Origin: an uncultured Chloroflexia bacterium
GTDB taxonomy: Bacteria; Chloroflexota; Limnocylindria; Limnocylindrales; CSP1-4
DNA: 64,000 nt
Assembly (NCBI GenBank): GCA_963828165.1
Contig: CAWHDR010000001.1
Location: 2,688,001-2,752,000 of the forward strand
Direction: 5' to 3'
Part shown: positions 45,029 to 55,200 of the stretch, one piece after another
Position numbering within the stretch: position 1 is the first letter of the stretch
How the letters are laid out: each line of letters starts with the position of its first letter
The notes under the pieces: model-generated
The model's database searches: none
Told to the model about the DNA's origin: nothing
What the model saw: only the letters and a program-made list of their open reading frames with translations
Translations under genes and position numbers: made by a program

Positions 45029-46336
45029 TCAGGCCTTGCGGCGCAACCCGAACAGTCCCGCCTTCTTCCTGGGCTCCGCGGCCGGGACGACGACGCCATC
45101 GGTGCCGAACGCCGTCGAGCTCAGCTTGCCAAGTCGCTCGGCCGCTGCCGATCGCGGCGCGCCCATGACGATCGGGACTCCCTCGTTGACCGCCTTGAGG
45201 TACAGGAAGGCGTCGTAGGGCAGGTCGAGCCCGATCTGCGTCCCGAGGGCGGCCTCGATATCGCGCCGCTTGAGGATGTCGCGCGCGAACATGTTGTTGA
45301 GGACGTACATGGCCTTCGTGCCGATGGACCCGGACTCGGTCAGGTGGTCGACCAGGCCATGCATCGCCTTGAGGGCCGGGATCTCGGGGTAGACGCCGAG
45401 CACGATGGTCTCCGCGGCATCGAAGACGGTCAGCGTTCGCTCGTCGAGCGTCGAGCCCGCATCGATCACGACCGACTCGTAGCCTTCGAGCAGGGCCGCG
45501 ATCAGCTGCGAGATGTGGTCGGGGGTGATGAACTCGGACGTCTCCGGCGTGGTCGGTGCGGCGATCACGTGGAGGCCGCTGTCGTGCCGCATCGCGAAGG
45601 TGCGCAGGAGTTCCGGCTCGCGCAGGACCGCCTCGTCACGGACGATGTCGGTCAGGGTCTGCTTGGCGGACAGGTTGAGATGGGTCGCGACCGCGCCGAA
45701 CTGCAGGTCCAGGTCCACCAGCACCACCCGGTCGGGCCGTTTCTGCGCCGCTGCCACGGCGATGTTCGTGGCGATGGTCGTCGTCCCGACCCCGCCCTTG
45801 GGGCTGAAGACCGCGACCACTCTGCGGGCCTGCGAGATCGTGAGGCCGTCGGACGAGACGACCGGAGCCTTGTGCTTCGATCGCTGGAAACGGAGGAGGA
45901 GCGCCTCGACCCGCGCTTCGACCTCTCGTGCGTCGAACGGTCGGGCGATGACGTCGTCCGCTCCAGCCTCCAGGAAGCCGATCCGCTCCTCGACGTCGTC
46001 GGTGGTCGCGACGCACAGGATCGGCACGGCGGCCATCGCCGGAGTTGCCCGGATCTCACGGCATAGCTCGACGCCGGTCCGGGTCGCGACTGCGTCCTTC
46101 TTGGCGTCTTTCCCGTCCTTTCCATCCTTGGGTTCCTTGGCGCCCTTGGTCGGCTTCGCCGCCTCCTCCGCGACCCCGACATCGAGGATCGCGAGCTGGT
46201 GTTCGACGATCGTCGCCAATGCCACATCCGGGTCCGTCGTCTGCGTGACGGTATAGCCAGCCGACGTGAGCTGAGGAACGAGCGACGCGATCGCCGTCGC
46301 GGCGCTTTCGAGAACGAGGATCGTGCTGGCGGGCAA
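45029..46336 (-). CDS. CpaE/TadZ-like receiver domain + MinD/ParA ATPase
   Basis: REC fold then SPKGGVGTTT, DLDLQFG, AVNEGVP; TTG start after GGAGG. Confidence 0.85.
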   Translation of the reverse strand: MPASTILVLESAATAIASLVPQLTSAGYTVTQTTDPDVALATIVEHQLAILDVGVAEEAAKPTKGAKEPKDGKDGKDAKKDAVATRTGVELCREIRATPAMAAVPILCVATTDDVEERIGFLEAGADDVIARPFDAREVEARVEALLLRFQRSKHKAPVVSSDGLTISQARRVVAVFSPKGGVGTTTIATNIAVAAAQKRPDRVVLVDLDLQFGAVATHLNLSAKQTLTDIVRDEAVLREPELLRTFAMRHDSGLHVIAAPTTPETSEFITPDHISQLIAALLEGYESVVIDAGSTLDERTLTVFDAAETIVLGVYPEIPALKAMHGLVDHLTESGSIGTKAMYVLNNMFARDILKRRDIEAALGTQIGLDLPYDAFLYLKAVNEGVPIVMGAPRSAAAERLGKLSSTAFGTDGVVVPAAEPRKKAGLFGLRRKA

Positions 46337-46530
46337 GGGGCCTCCGGTCGGGTGCGAATGGGACGTGTGCTGGGGGTCGCCGAGAGGATACATCGGCGCG
46401 ACTCGGCCTCTGTTTCCCGAGTCTCGGGGACGGCCATGCTAGACTACGGCCCGTTTCCTTTCCGCTCCGTGGCGAATCGGCGCGTCCGACGTCAAACGGG
46501 GCATACCCATTGGAAGGAGTGCCTGCGCGC

Positions 46531-46977
46531 ATGCGCCGTTACGAACTCATGCTCGTGATCCGCCCCGACGTCGCGGATGACAAGAGCCAGGCGGTCATCG
46601 ACCGCGTCACCCGCCAGATCACGGCGGGTGGCGGCCAGATCGTCAAGGTCGCCCCGTGGGGCCGCCGGCGTCTCGCCTACCCGATCGATCGATTCCGCGA
46701 GGGCTCGTACCACATCGTCCTGTTCGCGGCACCGGCCGGCCTGCTGACCGAGCTCGAGCACAGCCTGCTCATCACCGAGGAGGTCATCCGTCACCTGGTC
46801 ACCCGTGACGAACGCCCGGCCAAGCCGAGCCGTCGCGAGGACGGGGATGCGGAAGATGCCGAGGATGGCGAGGACGCCGAGCTGCCCTCGAACCTGTACG
46901 GGGACGACGACGAGGACGACGGGTCCGAGCGGATCGGCGAGGACGAGAGCGAGGCGGCCCCGGCCGCCATCGACTGA
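46531..46977 (+). CDS. rpsF: 30S ribosomal protein S6 with long acidic tail
   Basis: MRRYELM...WGRRRLAYPI...EEVIRH. Confidence 0.96.
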   Translation: MRRYELMLVIRPDVADDKSQAVIDRVTRQITAGGGQIVKVAPWGRRRLAYPIDRFREGSYHIVLFAAPAGLLTELEHSLLITEEVIRHLVTRDERPAKPSRREDGDAEDAEDGEDAELPSNLYGDDDEDDGSERIGEDESEAAPAAID

Positions 46978-46990
46978 GGAGCGCACGACG

Positions 46991-47521
46991 ATGGCCCTGT
47001 GCAAGGTGATGATCATCGGCAATCTCGGATCCGATCCGGAGATGCGCTACACGCCGACCAACCGCGCCGTGACCCAGTTCAACGTGGCGGTCAACCAGAG
47101 CACGAAGAACCAGCAGACCGGCGAGTGGGTCGAAGAGACCGACTGGTTCCGCGTGAGCGTCTGGGGCGACCGCGCCGAGCGCATGGCCGAGAGCCTGCGC
47201 AAGGGCAACAAGGTGTTCGTGGAAGGCCGCTTCAAGACCCGCACCTTCGAAGGCCGTGATGGCCAGACCCGGACGGCGCTGGAGATCACGGCCGACTCGA
47301 TCGTGAACCTCGAGCGACGTCCCCGCGACGATGAGGGGTCTTTCGGCGGCGCCTCCGGTGGCGGTCAGGCCGGCCAGGGTGGGCCCCCCGGCGACGGCGG
47401 CGGCTACTCCGGAGGGAACCGTGGCGGTGGCGAAGGCGCCCCGGCCGGTCCGCCGGCCGGCGGCAACGTTCGTCCAACGCGTCCGACCGACGACAGCGAT
47501 CTTGACGACCTTCCTTTCTGA
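46991..47521 (+). CDS. ssb: Single-stranded DNA-binding protein
   Basis: IIGNLGSDPEMRYT, Gly-rich linker, DDLPF tail. Confidence 0.97.
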   Translation: MALCKVMIIGNLGSDPEMRYTPTNRAVTQFNVAVNQSTKNQQTGEWVEETDWFRVSVWGDRAERMAESLRKGNKVFVEGRFKTRTFEGRDGQTRTALEITADSIVNLERRPRDDEGSFGGASGGGQAGQGGPPGDGGGYSGGNRGGGEGAPAGPPAGGNVRPTRPTDDSDLDDLPF

Positions 47522-47548
47522 CGACCGACTGACCAGGAGAACCTGACC

Positions 47549-47815
47549 ATGCCTCCCGCCCGATCCCGCAAGCGCGACGACTTCTACCGCGACCGTCGAC
47601 GTCGCAAGGTGTGCGCGTTCTGCGCCGACAAGACGTCGCTGATCGACTACAAGGAGGTCAACCGCCTCCGCCGCTACCTGTCCGAGCGGGCCAAGATCGA
47701 GCCACGGCGCAAGACCGGCACCTGCGCCGGGCACCAGCGCGAGCTGGCCGTCGCCCTCAAGCGCGCCCGCCACGTGGCCCTGCTCCCGTACGCGCCCCAG
47801 CACCTGCGCCCGTAA
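47549..47815 (+). CDS. rpsR: 30S ribosomal protein S18 (Zn-binding type)
   Basis: CAFC...IDYK...TGTCAGHQR...AR..ALLPY. Confidence 0.97.
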   Translation: MPPARSRKRDDFYRDRRRRKVCAFCADKTSLIDYKEVNRLRRYLSERAKIEPRRKTGTCAGHQRELAVALKRARHVALLPYAPQHLRP

Positions 47816-47880
47816 TCCTCGGGCGGATGGCGTCGCGGAGCTCCGCCGTCCTCGGGCGGATGGCGTCGCGGAGCTCCGCC
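47816..47880. repeat. 33-bp tandem duplication of a hairpin unit
   Basis: TCCTCGGGCGGATGGCGTCGCGGAGCTCCGCC(G) twice; GGCGGA...TCCGCC in each. Confidence 0.85.
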
Positions 47881-47950
47881 TCCGACCTCGGAGCGCGTGT
47901 GGCAGTTCCCCGCTCGGGGTGCCGGCATACCGTTCCGTGCGGAACCTGAG

Positions 47951-48832
47951 GTGGACGTCGGGCTCCTGATGCTCGTCGGCGGTTTCGCCGCTGGCGTCTT
48001 CGGATCGTGGCTCGGCCTGGGTGGCGGCACCCTCATCGTGCCGCTCCTGACCCTCGTGTTCGGCCTGGACCTCCGCACGGCCGTCGGCGTGTCCCTGGTC
48101 TGCGTGATCATGACCAGCAGTGCAGCGGCGGGTGTCTACCTGGAGCGCCACGTCGCCAACCTGCGGCTGGGCATGAGCCTGGAGCTGTTCACCGCCATCG
48201 GTGCACTCGTCGGCGGCTCGATCGCGTTCCTCGTCGACGAGCGGCTGCTGTCCGTGCTCTTCGCCGGCCTCCTCGGGTATGTCGCGTTCTCGATGGCGCG
48301 AGCGCGGTCTTCGGAGGCCGTCATGGACGACATCGGGGCGGGGGAGACCGGCGGCGTATCGGACGTGACGAGTTCCGGCGGCAAGCGCCTCCTTGAGAAC
48401 CGTGCCCCCGACGCGGCAGGCAGGCGTGCGGCGATGCTGGCGAGCGTCGCCGGTCCCGACTACGAGGTCCGAAACCTTGGCCGGGGCGTGCTCGGGTCGG
48501 CCGGCGCCGGGGTTGCCTCGGCCCTGCTGGGCATCGGGGGCGGCACCATCAAGGTCCCCCTGATGCACCTGGCCATGGGTGTGCCGCTGCGCGTGGCCAC
48601 CGCCACGAGCAACCTGATGATGGGCATCACGGCTGCCTCAGGCGCGGTGATCTATCTGCTTCGCGGCGAGATCGACCCGTACGTCGTCGGCCCGACGGCG
48701 ATCGGCGTCTTCGTCGGCGCCACGCTCGGCTCGCGGGTGGCACACCGGATCGGCCTGCGCTATCTGCGCCTGTTGTTCGTGGTGGTCATGGCGTACACCG
48801 CGATCCAGATGTTGCTGCGGGCCGTCTCGTGA
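47951..48832 (+). CDS. TauE/SafE (TSUP) family transporter
   Basis: GLGGGTLIVPLL, AVGVSL, GIGGG...VP, ATATS. Confidence 0.9.
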   Translation: MDVGLLMLVGGFAAGVFGSWLGLGGGTLIVPLLTLVFGLDLRTAVGVSLVCVIMTSSAAAGVYLERHVANLRLGMSLELFTAIGALVGGSIAFLVDERLLSVLFAGLLGYVAFSMARARSSEAVMDDIGAGETGGVSDVTSSGGKRLLENRAPDAAGRRAAMLASVAGPDYEVRNLGRGVLGSAGAGVASALLGIGGGTIKVPLMHLAMGVPLRVATATSNLMMGITAASGAVIYLLRGEIDPYVVGPTAIGVFVGATLGSRVAHRIGLRYLRLLFVVVMAYTAIQMLLRAVS

Positions 48833-49206
48833 CGCCTGTGCCGGATCCGGGCGCCCAGCGGGGTCGCGACTTCGACCGGTTCATCGGTCGGCTGCTGATC
48901 GCGGTCACCTACGTCGCGGTCGGGCTGCTCTCCGTTGGGGTCGTGCTGCTGCTGGCCGCCGGGATCTCGCCGCTGGCCGGCGGCCCGCCGCTCGATCCCG
49001 CCCGCATCCTGGCGGACCTCGGCTCGCTCGCCCCGGCGGCGTTCCTGTGGCTGGGCATCCTCGCCGTCATCGCCACGCCGATCAGCCGGGTCATCGTGGC
49101 GGCGATCGGGTTCGCCCGCCTGGGCGACCGCTGGATGATCGCCGTTTCGCTCGGGATCCTGGCGGTCATCGCCCTCGCGATCGCATCGGCGATCTCGGCG
49201 GGCTGA
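48829..49206 (+). CDS. DUF1634-like membrane protein
   Basis: LGILAVIATPISRV, three TMs, usual TauE partner. Confidence 0.78.
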   Translation: MTPVPDPGAQRGRDFDRFIGRLLIAVTYVAVGLLSVGVVLLLAAGISPLAGGPPLDPARILADLGSLAPAAFLWLGILAVIATPISRVIVAAIGFARLGDRWMIAVSLGILAVIALAIASAISAG

Positions 49207-49301
49207 CGCCGGAAGAGAGCCGCCGAGAGCCGCTGCTATACTCGGCCGACTTCGCCGCCCCGCGACCGCGTCGCGCCCGTCAGCGCAGGAGTCCCAGCCG
49301 A

Positions 49302-50282
49302 ATGACCACCGACACCACGGCCGGCACTTCGGCCCCGTCGCCCCATCACGCGCCGAAGACCGCCGCGCTCGACGAGCTGATCTGCTACTTCGAGGGCGAG
49401 TTCGTCCCGATGAAGGATGCCAAGGTCAGCATCATGACCCACGCCTTCATGTACGGGACGGCGACCTTCGAAGGTATCCGCGCCTACTGGAACGAGGAGG
49501 AGGGGCGGCTGTACGGCCTGAAGCTGCGCGAGCACGTCGAGCGCATCCGACAGTCGTGCCGGATCCTCTTGATGGACGACATCCCGTCGGTCGACGAGCT
49601 GTCGGCGCTCATCATCGAGACCGTTCGCCGCAACGCGTTCCGCGAGGACTGCTACATCCGGCCCTCGTTCTACAAGTCGACGCGCGCGATCGGTGTGCGC
49701 CTGCACGACCTGGAGCACGAGCTGTACATCATCACGCTGCCCTTCGGGAACTACATCGACACCGAGAAGGGCGTCCGGCTCATGACCTCGTCCTGGCGCC
49801 GGAACGCCGACGAGGCGCTGCCGGCCCGCGGCAAGATCGTCGGTGGCTACGTGAACATGGCCTTCCAGAAGTCCGAGGCTGAGCTGAACGGCTACGACGA
49901 GGCGGTCGTCCTGACCTCACAGGGCCACGTCAACGAGTCGTCCGCGGCCAATATCTACGTCGTGCGCGATGGGGTCGCGATCACGCCGCCGGTCAATGAC
50001 GACCTGCTCGAGGGTGTGACCCGCAAGGCACTCATGGAGCTGCTCGGCAACGAGGGCATCCCGGTCCAGGAACGCTCGATCAACCGGTCGGAGCTGTACG
50101 TGGCCGACGAGATCTTCGTGTGCGGGACCGGCGTCCAGATCTCGCCCGTCATCGAGGTCGACCACCGCAAGGTCGGGTCGGGGGCCGTGGGCCCGATCGC
50201 CCGGCTCGTCCGCGATCGGTATTTCGAGGCGGTGCGCGGTCGGCTGCCCGAGTACCGGCACTGGCTGACGCCCATCCAGTAG
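49302..50282 (+). CDS. ilvE: Branched-chain amino acid aminotransferase
   Basis: YGTATFEGIRAY, K..GGYVN, GYDEA, LEGVTR, GTG. Confidence 0.93.
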   Translation: MTTDTTAGTSAPSPHHAPKTAALDELICYFEGEFVPMKDAKVSIMTHAFMYGTATFEGIRAYWNEEEGRLYGLKLREHVERIRQSCRILLMDDIPSVDELSALIIETVRRNAFREDCYIRPSFYKSTRAIGVRLHDLEHELYIITLPFGNYIDTEKGVRLMTSSWRRNADEALPARGKIVGGYVNMAFQKSEAELNGYDEAVVLTSQGHVNESSAANIYVVRDGVAITPPVNDDLLEGVTRKALMELLGNEGIPVQERSINRSELYVADEIFVCGTGVQISPVIEVDHRKVGSGAVGPIARLVRDRYFEAVRGRLPEYRHWLTPIQ

Positions 50283-50331
50283 GCGCCGCGAGGCGGCGCG
50301 GGGCGGGCGGCGGCGGCGCGGCGATCCACCC

Positions 50332-52134
50332 TCAGGCCTGGGGCGGCGGCTCAAGCTCCGGCGTGGCGTTCCCGATCACGATGACGATGTCCGCCCGGAC
50401 CGTGCTGTCGGTCGCCGTCTTGACCTTCACTCCGAACAGGTCCTCGAGATAGGCGATCGTCGCGGGCATGTCTGTCTCTGCGCCGTTATAGACCGTGATC
50501 ACCGTGTCCTTGGGCACGTTCCCCTCGGGGGCCTGGCGCGGAGCCGACGCGGCCAGGCCGTGGAACTCGAGATAACCGGCCAATCGGGTCCCGCGGTTCC
50601 CCGAGTTGGTGCCGTTCAGCACCCAGACCCCGGCTCCCTCGCCGGCGAGTCGCTCGCGCAGTGCCTGGTCCGCAGGGTCTGCCGTGAACGCGTCGCGGAC
50701 GGCTGCCTGGATCCGGTCCACTCGCGGCTCAAGCCAGTAGCCCGACAGCACCTCGTTCTGGTAGAAGTCGGGCGTGAACACGTAGGAGCGGATGTTCGTC
50801 GTGTCGACCTCCGACGCCAATCCGAGCAGCTCATCGAGCTGATCGAGCGGGATGTCCGTCCGCACGGCCGACTTGAGCGCCTCGACCAGCTCGGGCAGCC
50901 GCGGCAGGAGGATCTGCGGGTCGGCCTGTTCGCGCAGCGACAGGAGCACGCGCTGCTGTCGAGCGCCGCGGTCGAAGTCGTCCGACGTGTTGCGCGATCG
51001 GGCGTAGCGCAGGGCCTGGTCGCCGTCCATGTGCTGGATGCCGCTCGGGATGTACAGCCGCTGGGCGCGACCAGTCGACCCGGGGAAGGCGTCGTCGACG
51101 ACCGGCACCTGGACATTGATCGTCACGCCACCCACCGAGTCGACGACCTTCTTGAAGCCGTTGAAGTTGACCTCGACGAAGTACTTGATGTCGAGGTCGT
51201 AGAGCTCACCGAGGGTCGCCTTGAGGCCGTTGTAGCCGCGGGTCCGATCGTTGCCCGGCCACAGGTCCGAGCGCTTTCGGTTGTTGACGAAGAACGAGTT
51301 GATCTTGTTCGGGTACGTCCGGCCCCAGAACGATCGGGCGTTTCCGGCGGGGAGCGGCACGAACTGGGTGTCGCGCGGCAGGCTGAACATGGCGGCCTGC
51401 TTGGTGACCGGGTCGATCGACACCGTGATCAGCGTGTCGGTGTTGTGCCCACCGCCCTGCTCGTCGGAGCCGATGAGCAGGATGTTGAGCCGCTCGCGGC
51501 CGTCCCACGGCGGCAGGGAGACGTCCGGGACCTGGCTGCCGATCGAGGTCGGCTCGGGCGTCGGGCTCGGGGTCGCCTCGGCGCTCGGGTCTGCGGACTC
51601 CGAGGGCTCGGCCGAGGCGGACGGATCACCGGCGCATTCCCCCTGGTCTTCGCCGATGAAGATGCAGCCGCTGGTCAGCGCATCGAGCGCGAGCATGTCG
51701 TAGCGGGCGACCACGACGTGGCTGCCGGCCATGACCAGCACCACGGCGAGCAGGCCGGCGATGGACAGGGGATTGCGGGGGAGCCGCGCCTTGCCCAACC
51801 GCCCGCCGTCCGACATGGCATGCGCATTGAGGTACTCCGCGACGCGATAGGCATCGATGATCGCCACCAGGCGATAGAGCAGCGCGACGAGGTTGAGGAC
51901 GAAGATCGAGCTCAACAGGAACGGGCTGAACAGCAACCCGACGAGTTCGAGCCGGTCCATCCGCAACACGAATCCGGCGAGGAGCGCGATCAGCAGGACA
52001 GGCGCCGCAGCGAACCCGAGGGCGCGCATCTGGGCGCCGACATAGAGGTGCCCGAGGCCCGGGAAAAGGAGCGAAAGGAACGCCGCAGCGAAAGGCGACC
52101 GGGCGCGCGGTCGCGCCCCCTGCGGTTTCTGCAT
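50332..52134 (-). CDS. LCP family cell-envelope phosphotransferase with LytR_C domain
   Basis: NILLIGSD, TDT, SLPRD, ALRYARSR, DFDRGARQQ, VLNGT. Confidence 0.92.
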   Translation of the reverse strand: MQKPQGARPRARSPFAAAFLSLLFPGLGHLYVGAQMRALGFAAAPVLLIALLAGFVLRMDRLELVGLLFSPFLLSSIFVLNLVALLYRLVAIIDAYRVAEYLNAHAMSDGGRLGKARLPRNPLSIAGLLAVVLVMAGSHVVVARYDMLALDALTSGCIFIGEDQGECAGDPSASAEPSESADPSAEATPSPTPEPTSIGSQVPDVSLPPWDGRERLNILLIGSDEQGGGHNTDTLITVSIDPVTKQAAMFSLPRDTQFVPLPAGNARSFWGRTYPNKINSFFVNNRKRSDLWPGNDRTRGYNGLKATLGELYDLDIKYFVEVNFNGFKKVVDSVGGVTINVQVPVVDDAFPGSTGRAQRLYIPSGIQHMDGDQALRYARSRNTSDDFDRGARQQRVLLSLREQADPQILLPRLPELVEALKSAVRTDIPLDQLDELLGLASEVDTTNIRSYVFTPDFYQNEVLSGYWLEPRVDRIQAAVRDAFTADPADQALRERLAGEGAGVWVLNGTNSGNRGTRLAGYLEFHGLAASAPRQAPEGNVPKDTVITVYNGAETDMPATIAYLEDLFGVKVKTATDSTVRADIVIVIGNATPELEPPPQA

Positions 52135-52220
52135 CGCGCGTAGGATACTCGGACTCGCCCGACCCGCCCGGAAGGGCCGGTCAAGCCCCGTCGCCCTGAC
52201 CCACCGCGCCCCGGAGATGC

Positions 52221-55200
52221 ATGTTCCGACCCGTCACCGCGAAGCCCGACTTCGTCGCCCAGGAGCACGACATCCTTGCGACGTGGCGCGAGCGGCGGAC
52301 CTTCGCGCGCCTGCGCGCACAGAACACCGGGGGCCCGCGCTGGAGCTTCCTGGACGGGCCGATCACCGCGAACAATCCGATGGGCGTGCACCATGCCTGG
52401 GGACGCACCTACAAGGATCTCTACCAGCGCTTCCACGCCATGCTCGGCGAGGACCAGCGGTACCAGAACGGGTTCGACTGCCAGGGCCTGTGGGTCGAAG
52501 TCAACGTCGAGCGCGACCTGGGCTTCACCAACAAGCGCGACATCGAGGCCTACGGGATCGACCGGTTCGTGACGCTCTGCAAGCAGCGCGTGCTCACCTA
52601 TGCCGCGCGCCAGTCTGAGCAGTCCATCCGCCTCGGGATGTGGATGGACTGGAACGATCCGGACGAGCTGCGCCGGCTGCACGACCTGCTCGGCACGGAC
52701 CCGTCCGCGATCACGACGATCGAAGGCACCGACGGTCCGGTCACCGACACGGTGGAGATGCTCGTCGGCCGGCTCGGCATGCGCGAGGTCGGTGGCTCGT
52801 ACTTCACGTTCAGCAACGAGAACAACGACCTGATCTGGGGCTTCCTCGCCGAGGTCCACCGGCGTGGCTGGCTGTACAAGGGCCACGACACGATGCCCTG
52901 GTGTGCGCGCTGTGGCACCGGCCTCTCCCAGACCGAGGTCAACGAGGGCTATCAGGACAAGGACGACCCGGGCCTGACCGTGAAGTTCCCGCTGATCGAC
53001 CGTCCCGGCGAGGCCCTGCTCGTCTGGACGACGACGCCCTGGACGCTCACCTCGAACGTCGCGGCGGCGGTCGGCGCTCGCCTGCGCTACGTGAAGGTCC
53101 GTCAGGGCGACGACGCCTTTTGGCTCGCGAAGGGCACGCTCAAGACCGCGCTCGAAGGCCCGTTCCAGGTCGAGGAGGAGCTCGCCGGCGCCGATCTCGT
53201 GGGTTGGCGGTACGCCGGCCCGTTCGATGAGCTACCCGCGGTGCAGGCCGCCTTCGCCGAGGGTTACGAGCACCGCGTCGTGCCCTGGGACGAGGTCGGC
53301 GAGGACGAGGGCACCGGCATCGTCCACATCGCTCCGGGCTGCGGCGCGGAGGACTTCCAGCTGGCCAAGGCGATCGGCTTGCCGGTGATCGCGCCGCTGG
53401 ACGAATCCGGCATCGTCCTCGAGGGGTTCGGTCCGTTGAGCGGTCGCGACGTGCGCGACGTCGCCGACCCGATCGTCGAGCACCTCAAGGCGACGGACCG
53501 GTTCTACCGGCTGGAGACCATCAATCACCGCTACCCGCACTGCTGGCGGTGTGGCACGCCCCTCGTCTTCCGGCTCGTCGACGAGTGGTACATCTCGATG
53601 GGGCCGGTCTACGACCAACCGCGCGACACCCTGTCCACGGCCCAGGTCGACGCGAGCCTGCGCTACCAGATCATGGAGGTCGTGGATCGGATCCGGTGGA
53701 TCCCGGAGTTCGGCTACGACCGCGAGCTCGACTGGCTCCTGAACATGGGCGACTGGATGATCTCGAAGAAGCGCTACTGGGGCCTGGCGCTGCCGATCTA
53801 CGACTGCGCGGCGTGCGGCCGGATCGACGTCGTCGGCGGGCGCGAGGAGCTCAAGGAGCGCGCCGTCGAGGGCTGGGAGCGGTTCGAGGGCCATACCCCA
53901 CATCGCCCCTGGGTGGACGAGGTACGGATCGCCTGCTCGGGGTGCGGCGCCCCGGTCGAGCGCATCAAGGATGTCGGCAATCCGTGGCTGGATGCCGGCA
54001 TCGTGCCGTTTTCGACACTGCACCACCGGGAGGACCCCGACTATTGGGCCCGGTGGTTCCCGGCCGATTTCATCACCGAGAGCTTCCCGGGGCAGTTCCG
54101 CAACTGGTTCTATTCGATGCTCGCGATGTCGACCGTCCTGCGCCGAGAGGAGCCGTTCAAGACGATCTTCGGCTACGCGACGCTGTTCGCCGAGGATGGC
54201 CGGCCGATGCACAAGAGCTCGGGCAACGCGATCGAGTTCGACGAGGCGGCCGAGCGGATGGGCGTCGACGTCATGCGCTGGATGTTCACGAAGGCACGCC
54301 CCGAGGAGAACATCCTGTTCGGCTGGCATGCCGCCGACGAGGCGCGGCGCGAGCTGCTGATCCTGTGGAACGTGTACTCGTTCTTCGTGACCTACGCTCG
54401 GCTGGCCGGCTGGACACCGAAGGCCGGCATCGACGACGTCATCGCGGCGGCGCCCTCGTGGCCCGCGATGGATCATTGGATCCTGTCCCGCGCCGCCGGA
54501 CTGGCAGACGACGTGGCGAAGGACCTCGGCGATTTCGACGCGGTCGCCGCTACCCGCGAGATCAGCACCTTCATCGACGACCTCTCGACGTGGTTTCTGC
54601 GCCGTTCCCGCGACCGGATGCGCGCCGGTGCGGATCCGGCCGACCGTGACGCTGCATTCGCGACGCTCCATGCGGCCCTCGTCACGCTCGTGCGGACGCT
54701 CGCGCCGATCCTGCCGTTCCTCTCCGAGTCGATGTACGAGAACCTCATGGTCACGGTCGTTCCAGGCACGCCTGACAGCGTCCACCTCACGCCCTGGCCC
54801 GCCGCGGTCATGGCAGCGCACCGCGATCCGGACCTGGAGCGTGCGATGACGACCGTCCGCGCTGCGGTCGATCTCGCCCGGACGCTCCGGGCGCAGGCGG
54901 GCCTGCGCAACCGCCAGCCACTGGCCCGGGCCTGGCTTGCCCTGCCCGATCGCGGCCTCGCGATCTCCGACGAGCTGCTGGGCCTGTTCGCGGACGAGAT
55001 CAACGTGGGGGCCGTGGAGCTCATCGCCGACGGCTCCGAGCTCGTCGACCGTCGCGTGAAGCCGCTGCTCCCGAAGATCGGCAAGCGGCTGGGTGCCGCC
55101 ATCCCGGCGGTCATGGCCGCGGCCCGCGAGGGAGCCGTCGAGATCGCGGACGATGGCTCGGTGACCCTGGCCGGGGTGACCCTGGCGCCCGACGAGGTCG

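Noticed and set aside
47816-47880. CRISPR mini-array
   Set aside because: Two adjacent copies with no spacer and no cas genes
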